A stretch of 50,773 nucleotides of DNA from a virus (Duplodnaviria; Caudoviricetes): positions 1 to 50,773 of IMG/VR virus record IMGVR_UViG_3300017913_002592. One strand, written 5' to 3'. This document shows positions 24,705-34,573 of the stretch, in pieces. Every line of letters starts with the position of its first letter. Positions within the stretch are counted from its first letter, which is position 1. The position numbers and the translations under genes are program-made. A model generated the notes under the pieces. It ran no database searches. It was not told the origin of the DNA and saw nothing but the letters and a program-made list of their open reading frames with translations.

Positions 24705-25147
24705 AAATTTATATAGGTAATTATCCGAAGTATCGTTGGTATCATCACTACTTGTATAAGTGGTTTGGTTATGCACCCGATCAGAAAAAGTATATTCATA
24801 TTGACAAGTGGGATACTTGGTCGATGGACCATACCTTGGGTGAGATTGCTTACCCAATGCTTGTACAACTTCGTAAAGCCGCACACGGTGCTCCTTTCGT
24901 AGATCCTATAGATGTACCTGAGGATCTTCGTCCTAGCCATAAGGCAGAACATGATGCAGTAGATAATACTCATTTTGAACGCTGGAATTGGGTTCTTGAT
25001 GAGATGATCTATGCCTTTGACTCTAAGATAAACAAGGATGACATCATGCTGCGTTTTGATGATATAGAGGACGCACGCGAAGAGCAGAATAGGATTAGTA
25101 ATGGCTTTCTACTCTTTGGAAAATACTACGAAAATTTATGGGACTAA
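24701..25147 (+). CDS. Conserved phage hypothetical protein
   Basis: DTWSMDHTL...WNWVLDEMIYAF...LFGKYYENLWD. Confidence 0.75.
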   Translation: MKIYIGNYPKYRWYHHYLYKWFGYAPDQKKYIHIDKWDTWSMDHTLGEIAYPMLVQLRKAAHGAPFVDPIDVPEDLRPSHKAEHDAVDNTHFERWNWVLDEMIYAFDSKINKDDIMLRFDDIEDAREEQNRISNGFLLFGKYYENLWD

Positions 25148-25150
25148 GTT

Positions 25151-25405
25151 ATGAATAACTCAATTTTGGATTTAGAACAACAAATGTTACAATTTGCAAA
25201 TGTCACTGATGATGTTGAAATGGTAACTCGATATTTCACAGAAGACCCGAAGTGGCAAGGAAGGGACGGCGAACTATGTGATGCCATTCTAAATAAGTTC
25301 GGTGCAATACAGCAATTGTACGAAATCAAGTTTCAGAATATGTGGGAGACATTTGAAGTAGTTTGTAAGGAGTATCATGAAAATAGAAATCGAGCTAACT
25401 ACTGA
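25151..25405 (+). CDS. Hypothetical protein
   Basis: 84-aa ORF in the operon. Confidence 0.65.
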   Translation: MNNSILDLEQQMLQFANVTDDVEMVTRYFTEDPKWQGRDGELCDAILNKFGAIQQLYEIKFQNMWETFEVVCKEYHENRNRANY

Positions 25406-25627
25406 AGAAAAGTGTAAACTCTGGCGCAAAATTTTGCTAATTCTTAAACCTAAGGAGAGAAAAGAAGTGCGCTGTGTTTGGGATTTAAACAATGAAGGAT
25501 GATGATATTTGTCCTAATTGTGGAGAATATTTAGCGGGGGATGGTTATACCATTCCTCTTCACTGTATAAATCGTTCAGAGGAAGAGTGGTGGTATTCTG
25601 AACCAGATAGTGGGCCTTGGTATTGCG

Positions 25628-25867
25628 ATGACACCTCAACAGATATTTGATTATAAACGCAGATGGATGCCGGGTTATCAAGTAATTGTTCACTCGGATT
25701 TGCGCGACCATGCAAAAGACTGGTGCAAGACTAGATTAGAAAAACACCAGTATGCAATTAAAACTTGGACTCATATTTATGCATTCACATACTGCTTCCA
25801 GCGACTAGAAATAGCCCAACAGTTTGAACAGGAATTTAAAAGTTGGGTAAACAAAGGAATTGATTAA
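25628..25867 (+). CDS. Hypothetical protein
   Basis: MTPQQIFDYK...; coupled to thyX. Confidence 0.6.
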   Translation: MTPQQIFDYKRRWMPGYQVIVHSDLRDHAKDWCKTRLEKHQYAIKTWTHIYAFTYCFQRLEIAQQFEQEFKSWVNKGID

Positions 25868-26556
25868 TGAATAAAGTAAGTTTAGTAGGAATTACCAAGC
25901 CAAGTGCAGCAACCGGCTGTCATACAGCCAATCAGCTGATTGCGTATACGGCTAGAGTAAGTAACCCCGAGAACCAAGAACATCACAAAAGCGCACCCCG
26001 TTTACTACGATACCTTATCAAGCACGGACACTGGTCGCCTTTTGAGATGGTGCATCTTACTATGGAAATAGTAACAACCCGAGATATTGCTCGTCAAATC
26101 TTACGGCATCGTAGTTTTAGTTTTCAAGAATTTAGTCAGCGATACGCAGTTCAAGAAAACTTTATTTTTCGTGCAGCAAGATTGCAAGACCCCAAGAATC
26201 GACAGAACAGCATTGAGCTGCAAGACGTGGAAGATTTCGGAAAGGGCGGCAACAAAACCTATGACGAAAGATTATATGAAAACTGGAACATGAAACAGGC
26301 GGATGTAATTCGACAAGCCAAAGAAGCATACCGGTGGGCACTGAATAATGGAATCGCCAAAGAACAGGCCCGCGCCGTTCTGCCCGAAGGAAATACAGAA
26401 TCAACTCTTTACATGTCCGGTACTCTGCGTTCGTGGATTCATTACTGCGAACTGCGGCGAGGTCATGGCACTCAAAAAGAGCATATGGTTGTAGCAGGCC
26501 AATGCTGGAATATTATTACACAACATTTTCCCGATATAGCAGAAGCAGTAGAATGA
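25867..26556 (+). CDS. thyX: Flavin-dependent thymidylate synthase
   Basis: HWSPFE, RHRSFSFQEFSQRY, EQARAVLP. Confidence 0.95.
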   Translation: MNKVSLVGITKPSAATGCHTANQLIAYTARVSNPENQEHHKSAPRLLRYLIKHGHWSPFEMVHLTMEIVTTRDIARQILRHRSFSFQEFSQRYAVQENFIFRAARLQDPKNRQNSIELQDVEDFGKGGNKTYDERLYENWNMKQADVIRQAKEAYRWALNNGIAKEQARAVLPEGNTESTLYMSGTLRSWIHYCELRRGHGTQKEHMVVAGQCWNIITQHFPDIAEAVE

Positions 26557-26990
26557 GCGGAATTAAGTATGACGGCGAAAAGCCGGATATGTACCTCTTG
26601 CCGCCCCTAGCTACGCTAGAAGTAGGCAAAGTATTAACATATGGCGCAAATAAATACAGTCCAGACAATTGGAGAAAGTTAGATGCGCTACAAGAGAGAT
26701 ACACCAGCGCAGCAATGAGACATCTTCTTGCCCACATGAGTGGAGAAGCGAACGATGAAGAAACAAATATGTCTCATCTAGCACACGCAATTTGTTGTTT
26801 ATTGTTTAAATTGGAGGATGAATTACTTGGCGAGAGTGAAGAAAAGAGATTACGAGAACCTGTCAGCATCGAATGTACAGAAAGTGATAACCCTCTTGAA
26901 TCCCCCACTCGAGAGTGGGGTAAGTCCTATTACAAAAAAAGAAGCGTGCCAGATTTTAAATATTTCGTACAATACCACGAGACTGAATAA
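26553..26990 (+). CDS. dATP/dGTP diphosphohydrolase-domain (DUF5664-like) protein
   Basis: GIKYDGEKP...VLTYGANKYSPDNW...AAMRHL...DEET.MSHLAHA. Confidence 0.8.
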   Translation: MSGIKYDGEKPDMYLLPPLATLEVGKVLTYGANKYSPDNWRKLDALQERYTSAAMRHLLAHMSGEANDEETNMSHLAHAICCLLFKLEDELLGESEEKRLREPVSIECTESDNPLESPTREWGKSYYKKRSVPDFKYFVQYHETE

Positions 26991-27549
26991 GATAATACAG
27001 GACTACGAGGACCGAGTAGCTTATGTACAATTACGAAAATCTCAAAATCGAGGTAAAGCAGCCTCAGACACAGAAATCGCAGAAGTCATTCGAGATTACC
27101 TACAAGGGGATTCAATATCAACCATTGCAAAGTCATTGTATCGTTCCCCGGGGTTTGTTAAAGCCATCGTGGAAAAAGTCGGTATCCCAAGTCGAGGCGT
27201 ATCTAAAGAAGAACGGCTTTCTGTAGGATATCTACCAGAAGAGTGTGTAGCCGAAGAGTTTGTGGTGGGAGAGACTGTATGGTCTGCTCGCCATCACGCA
27301 CCTGCAACTATTGAAGCAGAAATATCAGTAGACTATCAAGCTGAGAAAGCAGGCTTTCAAGATACGAACTACGAAAAGAAGTATGGAGCAAAATGCTATT
27401 CGATTTGGGTTCGAGAAGAGATCGACCAGGATAAAGAGTTTTGGGTAGCAGGTATTGAAACAGGGGGGTTCTCTTCGTTTGCTCTCTCATATGACCTGGG
27501 TAGTTTAAAGCATTTAGAAAAATACGGAGTTGACTTCTCACGTTTATAA
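26827..27549 (+). CDS. D2: T5 D2-like protein
   Basis: TKKEACQIL...YLQGDS...YRS..FVK...VAEEFVVGE.VW...LKHLEKYGVD resembles T5 D2. Confidence 0.75.
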   Translation: MARVKKRDYENLSASNVQKVITLLNPPLESGVSPITKKEACQILNISYNTTRLNKIIQDYEDRVAYVQLRKSQNRGKAASDTEIAEVIRDYLQGDSISTIAKSLYRSPGFVKAIVEKVGIPSRGVSKEERLSVGYLPEECVAEEFVVGETVWSARHHAPATIEAEISVDYQAEKAGFQDTNYEKKYGAKCYSIWVREEIDQDKEFWVAGIETGGFSSFALSYDLGSLKHLEKYGVDFSRL

Positions 27550-27558
27550 AAATAGTTC

Positions 27559-27587
27559 TTGACAACTTCCTTATATTGAAGTATAAT
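27559..27587 (+). promoter_or_regulatory. Consensus promoter
   Basis: AAAAATAGTTC-TTGACA-17-TATAAT. Confidence 0.85.
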
Positions 27588-27692
27588 ATATTTTCAAAAT
27601 TAAGGAAGGCTATGTCTGACCGATTTTATCAGCAACAACTTAAATCACTGGGTGTATGCCCAGGTTCAACCAACAAAAAGAGGAAACGTAGA

Positions 27693-28058
27693 ATGGCATG
27701 GGATGACGACAAAAAAGCTCAAGCGGTAGAAATGTACGAAGAGCAAGACCCCACACCTGAAACCAGCATGGAAATCGTAAAAGCTATCGCAGAGGAGCTA
27801 GACGAGTCACCCAACGGTGTTCGTATGATTCTTACCAAAGCTGGAGTATATGTAAAAAAGAGCCCGGCCTCTGGTTCCAAGCCTTCATCCAGTAATGGTA
27901 CTGGGGGCGGTCGTGTATCTAAAGCAGCAGCTCAAGAAGCTCTTATCGCAGCTCTGTCTGATGCAGGTCAAGAAGTTGACGAAGATGTAGTATCAAAACT
28001 TACTGGCAAAGCTGCTCAATACTTTGCTGGTATTATTACGGCTATCGGCGCAAACTAA
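27693..28058 (+). CDS. D3: T5 D3-like DNA-binding protein
   Basis: SMEIV..IA...PNGVRMILTKAGVYVKK...SKAAA...SDAG...KLTGKAA. Confidence 0.8.
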   Translation: MAWDDDKKAQAVEMYEEQDPTPETSMEIVKAIAEELDESPNGVRMILTKAGVYVKKSPASGSKPSSSNGTGGGRVSKAAAQEALIAALSDAGQEVDEDVVSKLTGKAAQYFAGIITAIGAN

Positions 28059-28073
28059 ATAAATTTTTAGTAT

Positions 28074-28101
28074 AACCACTTCCTTTCGGGGAAGTGGTTT
28101 T
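28074..28101 (+). terminator. Intrinsic terminator
   Basis: AACCACTTCC-tttcg-GGAAGTGGTT plus T. Confidence 0.85.
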
Positions 28102-28175
28102 CTGCTATCTGAAGAAAGAACCTTAGAGTTCGGCAAAGTAAAAAATTTTACTGACCTGCTACCTAAGGAGTACTT

Positions 28176-28442
28176 GTGGATAAAAAAGAACTAGCAGACC
28201 TTGTAAACGAGCATGGTGACGCAATCATTACTTATCGGAGTGAGAACTCAAATAAGTTAAAGTATAATGTTTGCACCTTGGATTTTTCCACACCATACAT
28301 ACAAAAAAAGAAAAACAGAGCGAAAGAATCTGACGAGACGCTTCTCTTATTTTGTTGGGATACGGACTCGTATCGCCTTCTAAAACCTAACAATGTAACA
28401 AGTGTAGTACCATTGTCCTCGGTTTTACAGAACGAGGATTAG
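28176..28442 (+). CDS. Conserved T5-like hypothetical protein
   Basis: AAGGAG SD, GTG start; syntenic with the T5 D3-ligase interval. Confidence 0.7.
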   Translation: MDKKELADLVNEHGDAIITYRSENSNKLKYNVCTLDFSTPYIQKKKNRAKESDETLLLFCWDTDSYRLLKPNNVTSVVPLSSVLQNED

Positions 28443-28444
28443 TT

Positions 28445-28747
28445 ATGGAGCTATATCAAGCACCGGAGATGTATGAGCGTGTCATACACTACGACGAAGA
28501 AAAAGAAGTACAGATACGGCTTACAGTAAGTATCTTTAGGGGGACTGAATACTTACATCTTCGTAAGTATTACTTAGATTTCAACGAAAAGTGGAAACCT
28601 ACACCAGAAGGTGTGGCAATGCCACTTGATTTCAACAATTCTAGAGAATTATTTGTAGGATTGACAGAGATATTATCTTTGGCTGAAAGTAAAGAAATTA
28701 TAGAAGAACAGTTCCAGGACCTAATTAATAACCTTTACTTAAAATAG
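28445..28747 (+). CDS. PC4/YdbC-like ssDNA-binding protein
   Basis: IRLTVSIFRGTEYLHLRKYY...WKPT.EGV. Confidence 0.8.
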   Translation: MELYQAPEMYERVIHYDEEKEVQIRLTVSIFRGTEYLHLRKYYLDFNEKWKPTPEGVAMPLDFNNSRELFVGLTEILSLAESKEIIEEQFQDLINNLYLK

Positions 28748-28750
28748 TTC

Positions 28751-28779
28751 TTGACATCTTCCTAAAACTCTAGTATAAT
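28751..28779 (+). promoter_or_regulatory. Consensus promoter
   Basis: AAAATAGTTC-TTGACA-17-TATAAT. Confidence 0.85.
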
Positions 28780-28803
28780 ATCTTTTCAAATTTGGGAGAT
28801 ACT

Positions 28804-29742
28804 ATGCGTGATTTTCTTGAAAAGGCGAGTGCTGCATACTACTCGGGCTTTCCGTTAATTTCGGATGCAGAGTTTGATGCCCTTGCTAAAAGGTACAATT
28901 TTGAAGAAGTAGGATATCAGGTAACTGATGGGATTCCGCATATGTTCAAAATGTACTCCCTACAGAAAGTTTTTAGTTTAGATGATATTCCTACACCCAA
29001 CTCAAAGTACCTATGTACTCCTAAGTTGGATGGTGCTGCTGTCTCTTTGACTTATATCAATGGACATTTCGCACTTGGATTGACTCGTGGGGACGGTAAT
29101 CTTGGCCGAGATATTACCGACAAACTAGAACTGTTGGTTCCGAACAGCATATCTCTCAAGGGAGAAGTTTTCGTTACTGGCGAAGTAGTTTGCCCTTCGA
29201 ATGTCACCAATGCAAGAAACGTCGCAGCGGGGTCACTGAATCTCAAGGATCTGGAAGAGTTCAAAACTCGTCCACTGACCTTCGTGGCTTACGAAGTACA
29301 AGGCGTTGAATACGAATTGTACACTGAGGCGCTTTCTCTCTTGGCCCAGGAAGGATTTAACACTGTTGATACCTTCGACTACCAAAACTATCCTACGGAT
29401 GGCATGGTTTACCGTATCAACTCTCGTAAATCTTTCATTAAGATGGGATATACAGCTCATCACCCTCGAGGCGCTTTTGCTCTCAAAGAGCAGAAGGAGG
29501 GTGTATATACAGAATTGCTCGATGTTGTGTGGCAAGTAGGCAAGTCAGGGGTGGTCAGCCCAGTTGCTATACTAAGTCCAGTCGAAGTGGAAGGAGCCAT
29601 TGTGGGCAGGGCTACTCTACACAATATCGAGTACATTCGCTCCCTGGAGCTAGAAATTGGATGTACAGTAGAAGTAATTCGGAGTGGAGAAATTATTCCT
29701 CGAATTTTAAGACGTGTTGACCATCCGAAAAATAGTTCTTGA
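28804..29742 (+). CDS. ligA: NAD-dependent DNA ligase, adenylation/OB subunit
   Basis: YY...ISDAEFD, PKLDG, TRGDG..G.DIT, RATLHN, SGEIIPRI. Confidence 0.92.
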   Translation: MRDFLEKASAAYYSGFPLISDAEFDALAKRYNFEEVGYQVTDGIPHMFKMYSLQKVFSLDDIPTPNSKYLCTPKLDGAAVSLTYINGHFALGLTRGDGNLGRDITDKLELLVPNSISLKGEVFVTGEVVCPSNVTNARNVAAGSLNLKDLEEFKTRPLTFVAYEVQGVEYELYTEALSLLAQEGFNTVDTFDYQNYPTDGMVYRINSRKSFIKMGYTAHHPRGAFALKEQKEGVYTELLDVVWQVGKSGVVSPVAILSPVEVEGAIVGRATLHNIEYIRSLELEIGCTVEVIRSGEIIPRILRRVDHPKNSS

Positions 29743-29767
29743 CTTTTACCTAACTTTTTCGTATAAT
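29739..29767 (+). promoter_or_regulatory. Promoter between the split ligase genes
   Basis: AAAAATAGTTC-TTGACT-17-TATAAT; the -35 overlaps the ligase stop codon. Confidence 0.8.
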
Positions 29768-29793
29768 ATATTTTACTTTTTCGGAGAACCTAA

Positions 29794-30549
29794 ATGCTGC
29801 GTGAGATTGTGCCTCCATCAGATTGCCCATCCTGTGGGTCTAGTCTTGAATGGATAAATCAACTTCTCTACTGCAAGAGTATTACTTGTCGCGCTCAAAA
29901 GCAAAAGAAAATCGAGCATTTTGCTAAAACTCTGAAAATCAAGGGCTTAGGCCCGTCAGCGATTGAAAAGCTGGGTATTCAGGATTTTGACCAGATTTAT
30001 ACTCTTGATATTGAGTACATGACTGAAGCTCTTAATTCTGAAAAAATTGCACTTAAGTTATACAGCGAGATAGACAACTCTATGTATGCTCCCCTGGACT
30101 TGGTGCTTCCTGCTTTTGGCATTCCTTTAATCGGAAAAACGGCAACGAAAAAGCTGTCTGAGACTGTTAAAAATATTACTGAAATTAATGCAGACACTTG
30201 TAAGCGTGCCGGATTAGGGCCAAAAGCTACTGAGAATCTTATGTTCTGGCTCATGGATGAGTACTACTCTTTCTATGGCAGTTGCCTGCCCTTCGATATG
30301 GAGTTTGCAGACGTACAGAAAGTAGAAAAGAAAGGAGTAGTTTGTATTAGTGGACGTTTGAAGAGTTTCAAAACCAAAGCCGATGCAACCGAAACTTTGT
30401 CAAGCCTGGGTTATGAAGTTAAGTCTAGCTTGACTAAAGACGTAACGATTCTCATAAATGAAAGCGGTATTGAATCGTCAAAGACTAAACAAGCCAGTGC
30501 ATCTGGTGTAACTATTATCACGGATTTAAAATCCTTTTTGGAGAACTAA
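29794..30549 (+). CDS. ligB: NAD-dependent DNA ligase, Zn-finger/HhH/BRCT subunit
   Basis: CPSC...C..C, IKGLG and GIPLIG HhH, C-terminal BRCT. Confidence 0.9.
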   Translation: MLREIVPPSDCPSCGSSLEWINQLLYCKSITCRAQKQKKIEHFAKTLKIKGLGPSAIEKLGIQDFDQIYTLDIEYMTEALNSEKIALKLYSEIDNSMYAPLDLVLPAFGIPLIGKTATKKLSETVKNITEINADTCKRAGLGPKATENLMFWLMDEYYSFYGSCLPFDMEFADVQKVEKKGVVCISGRLKSFKTKADATETLSSLGYEVKSSLTKDVTILINESGIESSKTKQASASGVTIITDLKSFLEN

Positions 30550-30551
30550 AT

Positions 30552-31277
30552 ATGGCACTTCCTAAGTGGACTGATGAGCGCACTGCTCAACTAACAGCTT
30601 TCGTTGGTGACGAGAGCCCTGTATCACAAAACACTGTTGCTGAAGCAGCAGACCAACTCGAAACTTCTACTCGTTCTGTTTCTAGCAAGCTGCGAAAAAT
30701 GGGCTACGAAGTAGAACTGGCTTCTGCTCGTGCCTCTCGCGCTTTTAGCGAAGCTCAAGAAGCCACTCTTGCTGCTTTTGTTGCTGACAACAGCGGTGAG
30801 TACACCTATGCTCAAATTGCTGAGCATTTTGAAGGCGGCGCTTTCTCAGCTAAGTCAATTCAGGGCAAAATCCTGTCTATGGAACTTACTGAGCACGTTA
30901 AGCCTGCTCCTAAAGTCGAAACCGTTCGCACCTACTCTCCCGAAGAAGAGTCTAAGTTTATCGCTATGGTAAATGATGGCGCATTCGTAGAAGCTATTGC
31001 TGAAGCTCTCGACCGATCTGTAAACTCTATCCGCGGTAAGGCTCTTAGCCTGCTTCGTTCAGGTGAAATTGACGCTATTCCTCGTCAAGAGCACACCAAA
31101 GGTGGTGTCAAGGAAGATCCCTTGGCTGACCTCGGTGATGTGTCCGGAATGACTGTTGAAGAGATCGCAGAAGCTATTGGCAAAACTGCTCGCGGTGTTA
31201 AGACTATGCTGACTCGTCGTGGCATTTCTGCGGTTGACTATGACGGTGCTTCTAAGAAAGAAAAGGCTGCTAACTAA
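30552..31277 (+). CDS. D5: T5 D5-like DNA-binding regulator
   Basis: Repeated HTH units (WTDE..., RSVSSKLRKMG, KSIQGKILS, NSIRGKALS, RGVKTMLTRRG). Confidence 0.85.
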   Translation: MALPKWTDERTAQLTAFVGDESPVSQNTVAEAADQLETSTRSVSSKLRKMGYEVELASARASRAFSEAQEATLAAFVADNSGEYTYAQIAEHFEGGAFSAKSIQGKILSMELTEHVKPAPKVETVRTYSPEEESKFIAMVNDGAFVEAIAEALDRSVNSIRGKALSLLRSGEIDAIPRQEHTKGGVKEDPLADLGDVSGMTVEEIAEAIGKTARGVKTMLTRRGISAVDYDGASKKEKAAN

Positions 31278-31292
31278 GTAGTATTTCTTTTT

Positions 31293-31327
31293 AGCAACCG
31301 TAGCGGGTGCGTTGCGGTTGCTTTTTT
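31293..31327 (+). terminator. Intrinsic terminator
   Basis: AGCAACCGTAGCG/CGTTGCGGTTGCT stem plus T-tract. Confidence 0.85.
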
Positions 31328-31346
31328 GTGTATTCGGGGAATTTAA

Positions 31347-32702
31347 TTGAATATTGCTTCTGCATTAATCAAACAGATTATTACGCTTCGGGATTCTGAT
31401 ACCTGGAGCTATTTGCGTAAGCATTACTTACCCAATGAATACCACACCATCTTCAGTATTATAGATGGACACTCTCAGAAGTATCATGCTGTACCTTCGT
31501 TTGAAGATTTAAAGTATGAGATTCGAGACAGTGCTACACGCGAGAAACTTCTTGCTATCGAAGCACTGGAAGTTGAGGCAGACGCTTCTATGCTGCTTCA
31601 ATACCTCAAGAACGAGTATACTCAAAAAGAGATTCTCGCCTCTCTTGAGACCTATATTGACCACTCCATATCTTTTGAAGATGCGGAAGAGTCAGTATCT
31701 CATCTGCACCAGATTGTTCTAGATATAGAAGAAAAAGTAGAGCTAGAGCAGCCCCAGGAAAGTATGCAACGTATTTCCCTGTTCCCTGCAGAAGAGGAAA
31801 TGGAAAAGTACCTGCCCCTCGGCTTGAATACCGCATTCGACGAGGAATTCAAGTTTTCTCCCCGAGACTTGATTCTTGTCGGGGGCCGCCGCGGGGCAGG
31901 GAAATCCATCACGTGCTGTAACATTGCTAACAATGTTTACGAAAGTGGAAAGTCGGCAATCTATTTTACTATTGAGATGGATAGTCGAGAGATTTTACAA
32001 AGATGTTGTTCAATATCTACAGGCATTGCCCATGAAAGAATACGAAAGAGAAATCTTAGTCTTTTGGAATGGGAGAAGGTCGCGGCTTGGTGGACAAGTC
32101 GTTTTGTAGATGGGCAAGATAAATTGATGGACTACAAGGAGGATCATCGAGACTTCGATCGTCTACACTACGAACTCAAAACTAACTGTGAGCTTCTCCC
32201 GACTCAACAGTTAGATGTAGTCTACGATGCTTCTCTTACTTTATCAAAGATTCGAGCCGAGCTAGATAAGAAGATAAAAAGCGCAATGAATGTTGGTGTA
32301 ATTATTGTTGATTATATCAACCAAGTAAAACGTTCCAACCTTCCATCTCGTGCAGGTCAGTATGACTGGACTGAGCAGATAGAAGTAAGTAAAGCATTGA
32401 AGTCAATGGCTCAGGAATATGAAGTACCAATCTATAGCCCATATCAAATTGATGCCTCAGGCGAAGCTCGCTTTGCCAAAGGTATTCTTGACGCAGCAGA
32501 TGCAGCGTTTACTATTGATACTTGGAAAACAGAAGATGCGATTATGACATTTAACTGTACGAAAATGAGAAGTGGTAAGATGGGAACCTTCACTTCTTTT
32601 ATGGATTGGGAAACTCTAAAGATAGGGCCAGAATCAGCACTTACACCAGACGAGAGGGAGGAAGAGGCCCATAAAACTGGTGAAGAAATAAACGACATCT
32701 AA
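31347..32702 (+). CDS. Replicative DnaB-like helicase (T5 D6-like)
   Basis: Walker A GRRGAGKS, FTIEM, IIVDYIN. Confidence 0.9.
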   Translation: MNIASALIKQIITLRDSDTWSYLRKHYLPNEYHTIFSIIDGHSQKYHAVPSFEDLKYEIRDSATREKLLAIEALEVEADASMLLQYLKNEYTQKEILASLETYIDHSISFEDAEESVSHLHQIVLDIEEKVELEQPQESMQRISLFPAEEEMEKYLPLGLNTAFDEEFKFSPRDLILVGGRRGAGKSITCCNIANNVYESGKSAIYFTIEMDSREILQRCCSISTGIAHERIRKRNLSLLEWEKVAAWWTSRFVDGQDKLMDYKEDHRDFDRLHYELKTNCELLPTQQLDVVYDASLTLSKIRAELDKKIKSAMNVGVIIVDYINQVKRSNLPSRAGQYDWTEQIEVSKALKSMAQEYEVPIYSPYQIDASGEARFAKGILDAADAAFTIDTWKTEDAIMTFNCTKMRSGKMGTFTSFMDWETLKIGPESALTPDEREEEAHKTGEEINDI

Positions 32703-32711
32703 AAATAGTTC

Positions 32712-32740
32712 TTGACACTCCTGCTGATTTTTGATATAAT
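32712..32740 (+). promoter_or_regulatory. Consensus promoter
   Basis: AAAAATAGTTC-TTGACA-17-TATAAT. Confidence 0.85.
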
Positions 32741-32767
32741 ATATCTTCAATTGACAGGAGTTTTTTT

Positions 32768-33070
32768 ATGGGACTTTACTATGGATCACTACGGCACACA
32801 ACATCTGGACGACGTAAGCAAAGCACTAAGAAAAGGGTTAATAAATCTTTTTCCAAAGTTGTTAGAGCTGCAGCAGTATCAAGCAGCCCGTACCGAAGAG
32901 AAACACCACAGTACCCCTCAGCTCCCGATACAACTGGAGTTGCCGCTAGAGTGGAGCCTCCACAATACACAGGAACGCTTGTTAAAGGCATCGGAACCAT
33001 GCACAAGTCCAATGCCGTACCTGTTATAGACGAACAACAAATGAAAGAACTAGCGAGTATGCGGCGTTAA
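32768..33070 (+). CDS. Basic conserved phage hypothetical protein
   Basis: AGGAG SD; YTGTLVKGIGTMHKSNAVPV...ASMRR. Confidence 0.75.
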   Translation: MGLYYGSLRHTTSGRRKQSTKKRVNKSFSKVVRAAAVSSSPYRRETPQYPSAPDTTGVAARVEPPQYTGTLVKGIGTMHKSNAVPVIDEQQMKELASMRR

Positions 33071-33501
33071 TGAAAGTTTTAAAAAAGACTGTGCATCGCA
33101 CGATATTACATTTAGAAAAAGCCCTGCTGCTATTTATAGTTGCAGGTACCGTATGGGCGGCAGGGTTTGATATTGTAGGTATGTTCAGTTCCCAGGGTAA
33201 GATGGCCCTGGCGGATTTATTTTTGCTATTTATATACGCAGAGATATTAGGTATGGTAGGCGCATTTTACAATGACCATCGTATTCCAGTTACACTGCCT
33301 ATCATTATTGCTATTACTGCATTAACGCGAATGATTGTACTAACAACAAAAGGTTCCGAGCCAGAATATATATTGTATGAAACTACTGGCATCTTTATAC
33401 TCGCAGTTAGTGCTCTTATACTTAGCGCAAAAGATAGATTAAGTTTAGCGAAATTAAAATTAATCGAAGGAGAGAAAGATGGCCTTAGCAGCCGAACTTG
33501 A
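33070..33501 (+). CDS. PsiE-family membrane protein
   Basis: Four TM; DLFLLFIYAEILGMV..FY..HRIPV..PIIIAITALTR. Confidence 0.8.
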   Translation: MKVLKKTVHRTILHLEKALLLFIVAGTVWAAGFDIVGMFSSQGKMALADLFLLFIYAEILGMVGAFYNDHRIPVTLPIIIAITALTRMIVLTTKGSEPEYILYETTGIFILAVSALILSAKDRLSLAKLKLIEGEKDGLSSRT

Positions 33502-33742
33502 AGCTAAAGTAAGCCCATACTTTGACATACTTGAAGTAGCTATGGAAGAGGGAAACGTAGAGCTTGCAGAAATAATGTTAGCCCGCATATCTCCTTACTC
33601 TCATCTTTTAGATGACGAGCACATAGACTACTACTATAGTTGTCAGTATGGTTTAGAGCAAAGCTTATCCGATAGTATGGAGGAGTACTATAGCGAACCT
33701 ACTGAATATGATGAATGGCAATCTTTTGACGCGGACTGTTAG
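33479..33742 (+). CDS. Acidic hypothetical protein
   Basis: GGAG SD; ends EPTEYDEWQSFDADC. Confidence 0.7.
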   Translation: MALAAELEAKVSPYFDILEVAMEEGNVELAEIMLARISPYSHLLDDEHIDYYYSCQYGLEQSLSDSMEEYYSEPTEYDEWQSFDADC

Positions 33743-34569
33743 TGAACGTAGAAGAATTATTACAATCCAAACAAGTACATTATGTTCCTAAGGGCAAAGA
33801 CTATGTAGTATCTTGTCTAAGCCCCGAACATGATGACAGCAATCCCAGTATGCGAGTCGATCAAATTACTGGTATTTTTCATTGTTTCTCTTGTGGTTAC
33901 AAGGGAAATTTATTTGTGCACTTCGGCGAAAGGGCAAGTTTTCTACACTTACGCAGGGAACTTGTGAAGAAGAAAATACGTGAAAAGAGAGCTGAAAGTG
34001 TAGGCTTGCCCTTTCCCTCAAGTGCATTACCCTATGTTGGAACATGGAGAAACATTAAAGCCGAGACTTATCGCAAGTTTGAAGCGTTTCAAGACCATGA
34101 TGCTTTCATAGGTAGACTAGTCTTTCCAGTTCGTGATATATCTGGAAAGATTGTAGCATTTAATGCTCGACACATGACCGGAGGTACTCCGAAGTATCTC
34201 ATTAGCCCTCCTGGGGCACGAATGCCTCTGTATCCATCGAAAGTAGCACCGATACAGGGCAGTGTCATTCTCGTAGAAGGAATCTACGATATGATAAACC
34301 TGCATGATAAAGGATTGACAAATGCAGTTTGCTGTTTCGGCACAAGGAATATTAACGAAGATAAGCTGTCTATTCTTCGGTTACAGGGAGTTGAGCGAGC
34401 AGTAATATTTTTTGATGGAGACGAGGCAGGTCAAAATGCCGCAGTAAAAGTTCGAGAAATGTGCGAAAAAGTAGATTTATTGACAGCAAATGTAAATATA
34501 CCTGATACAGACCCGGGTGGTCTGTCTGAAGGACAAGTGGAGAAATTACGAAAAAAACTTTACGCATAG
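33742..34569 (+). CDS. DNA primase (Zn finger + TOPRIM)
   Basis: C..PEH.D..PS...HCFSC; VEGIYD; FDGD.AG. Confidence 0.92.
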   Translation: MNVEELLQSKQVHYVPKGKDYVVSCLSPEHDDSNPSMRVDQITGIFHCFSCGYKGNLFVHFGERASFLHLRRELVKKKIREKRAESVGLPFPSSALPYVGTWRNIKAETYRKFEAFQDHDAFIGRLVFPVRDISGKIVAFNARHMTGGTPKYLISPPGARMPLYPSKVAPIQGSVILVEGIYDMINLHDKGLTNAVCCFGTRNINEDKLSILRLQGVERAVIFFDGDEAGQNAAVKVREMCEKVDLLTANVNIPDTDPGGLSEGQVEKLRKKLYA

Positions 34570-34573
34570 GAGT

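Noticed and set aside
20592-26990. 2-aminoadenine (Z-genome) pathway suggested by the dATP/dGTP hydrolase and MazG-like genes
   Set aside because: No purZ or HD-family dATPase in the window, and both gene types are common in unmodified phages
28804-30549. Split ligase as a frameshift or pseudogene
   Set aside because: A two-gene NAD ligase is normal for T5-like phages, and the second gene has its own promoter and SD
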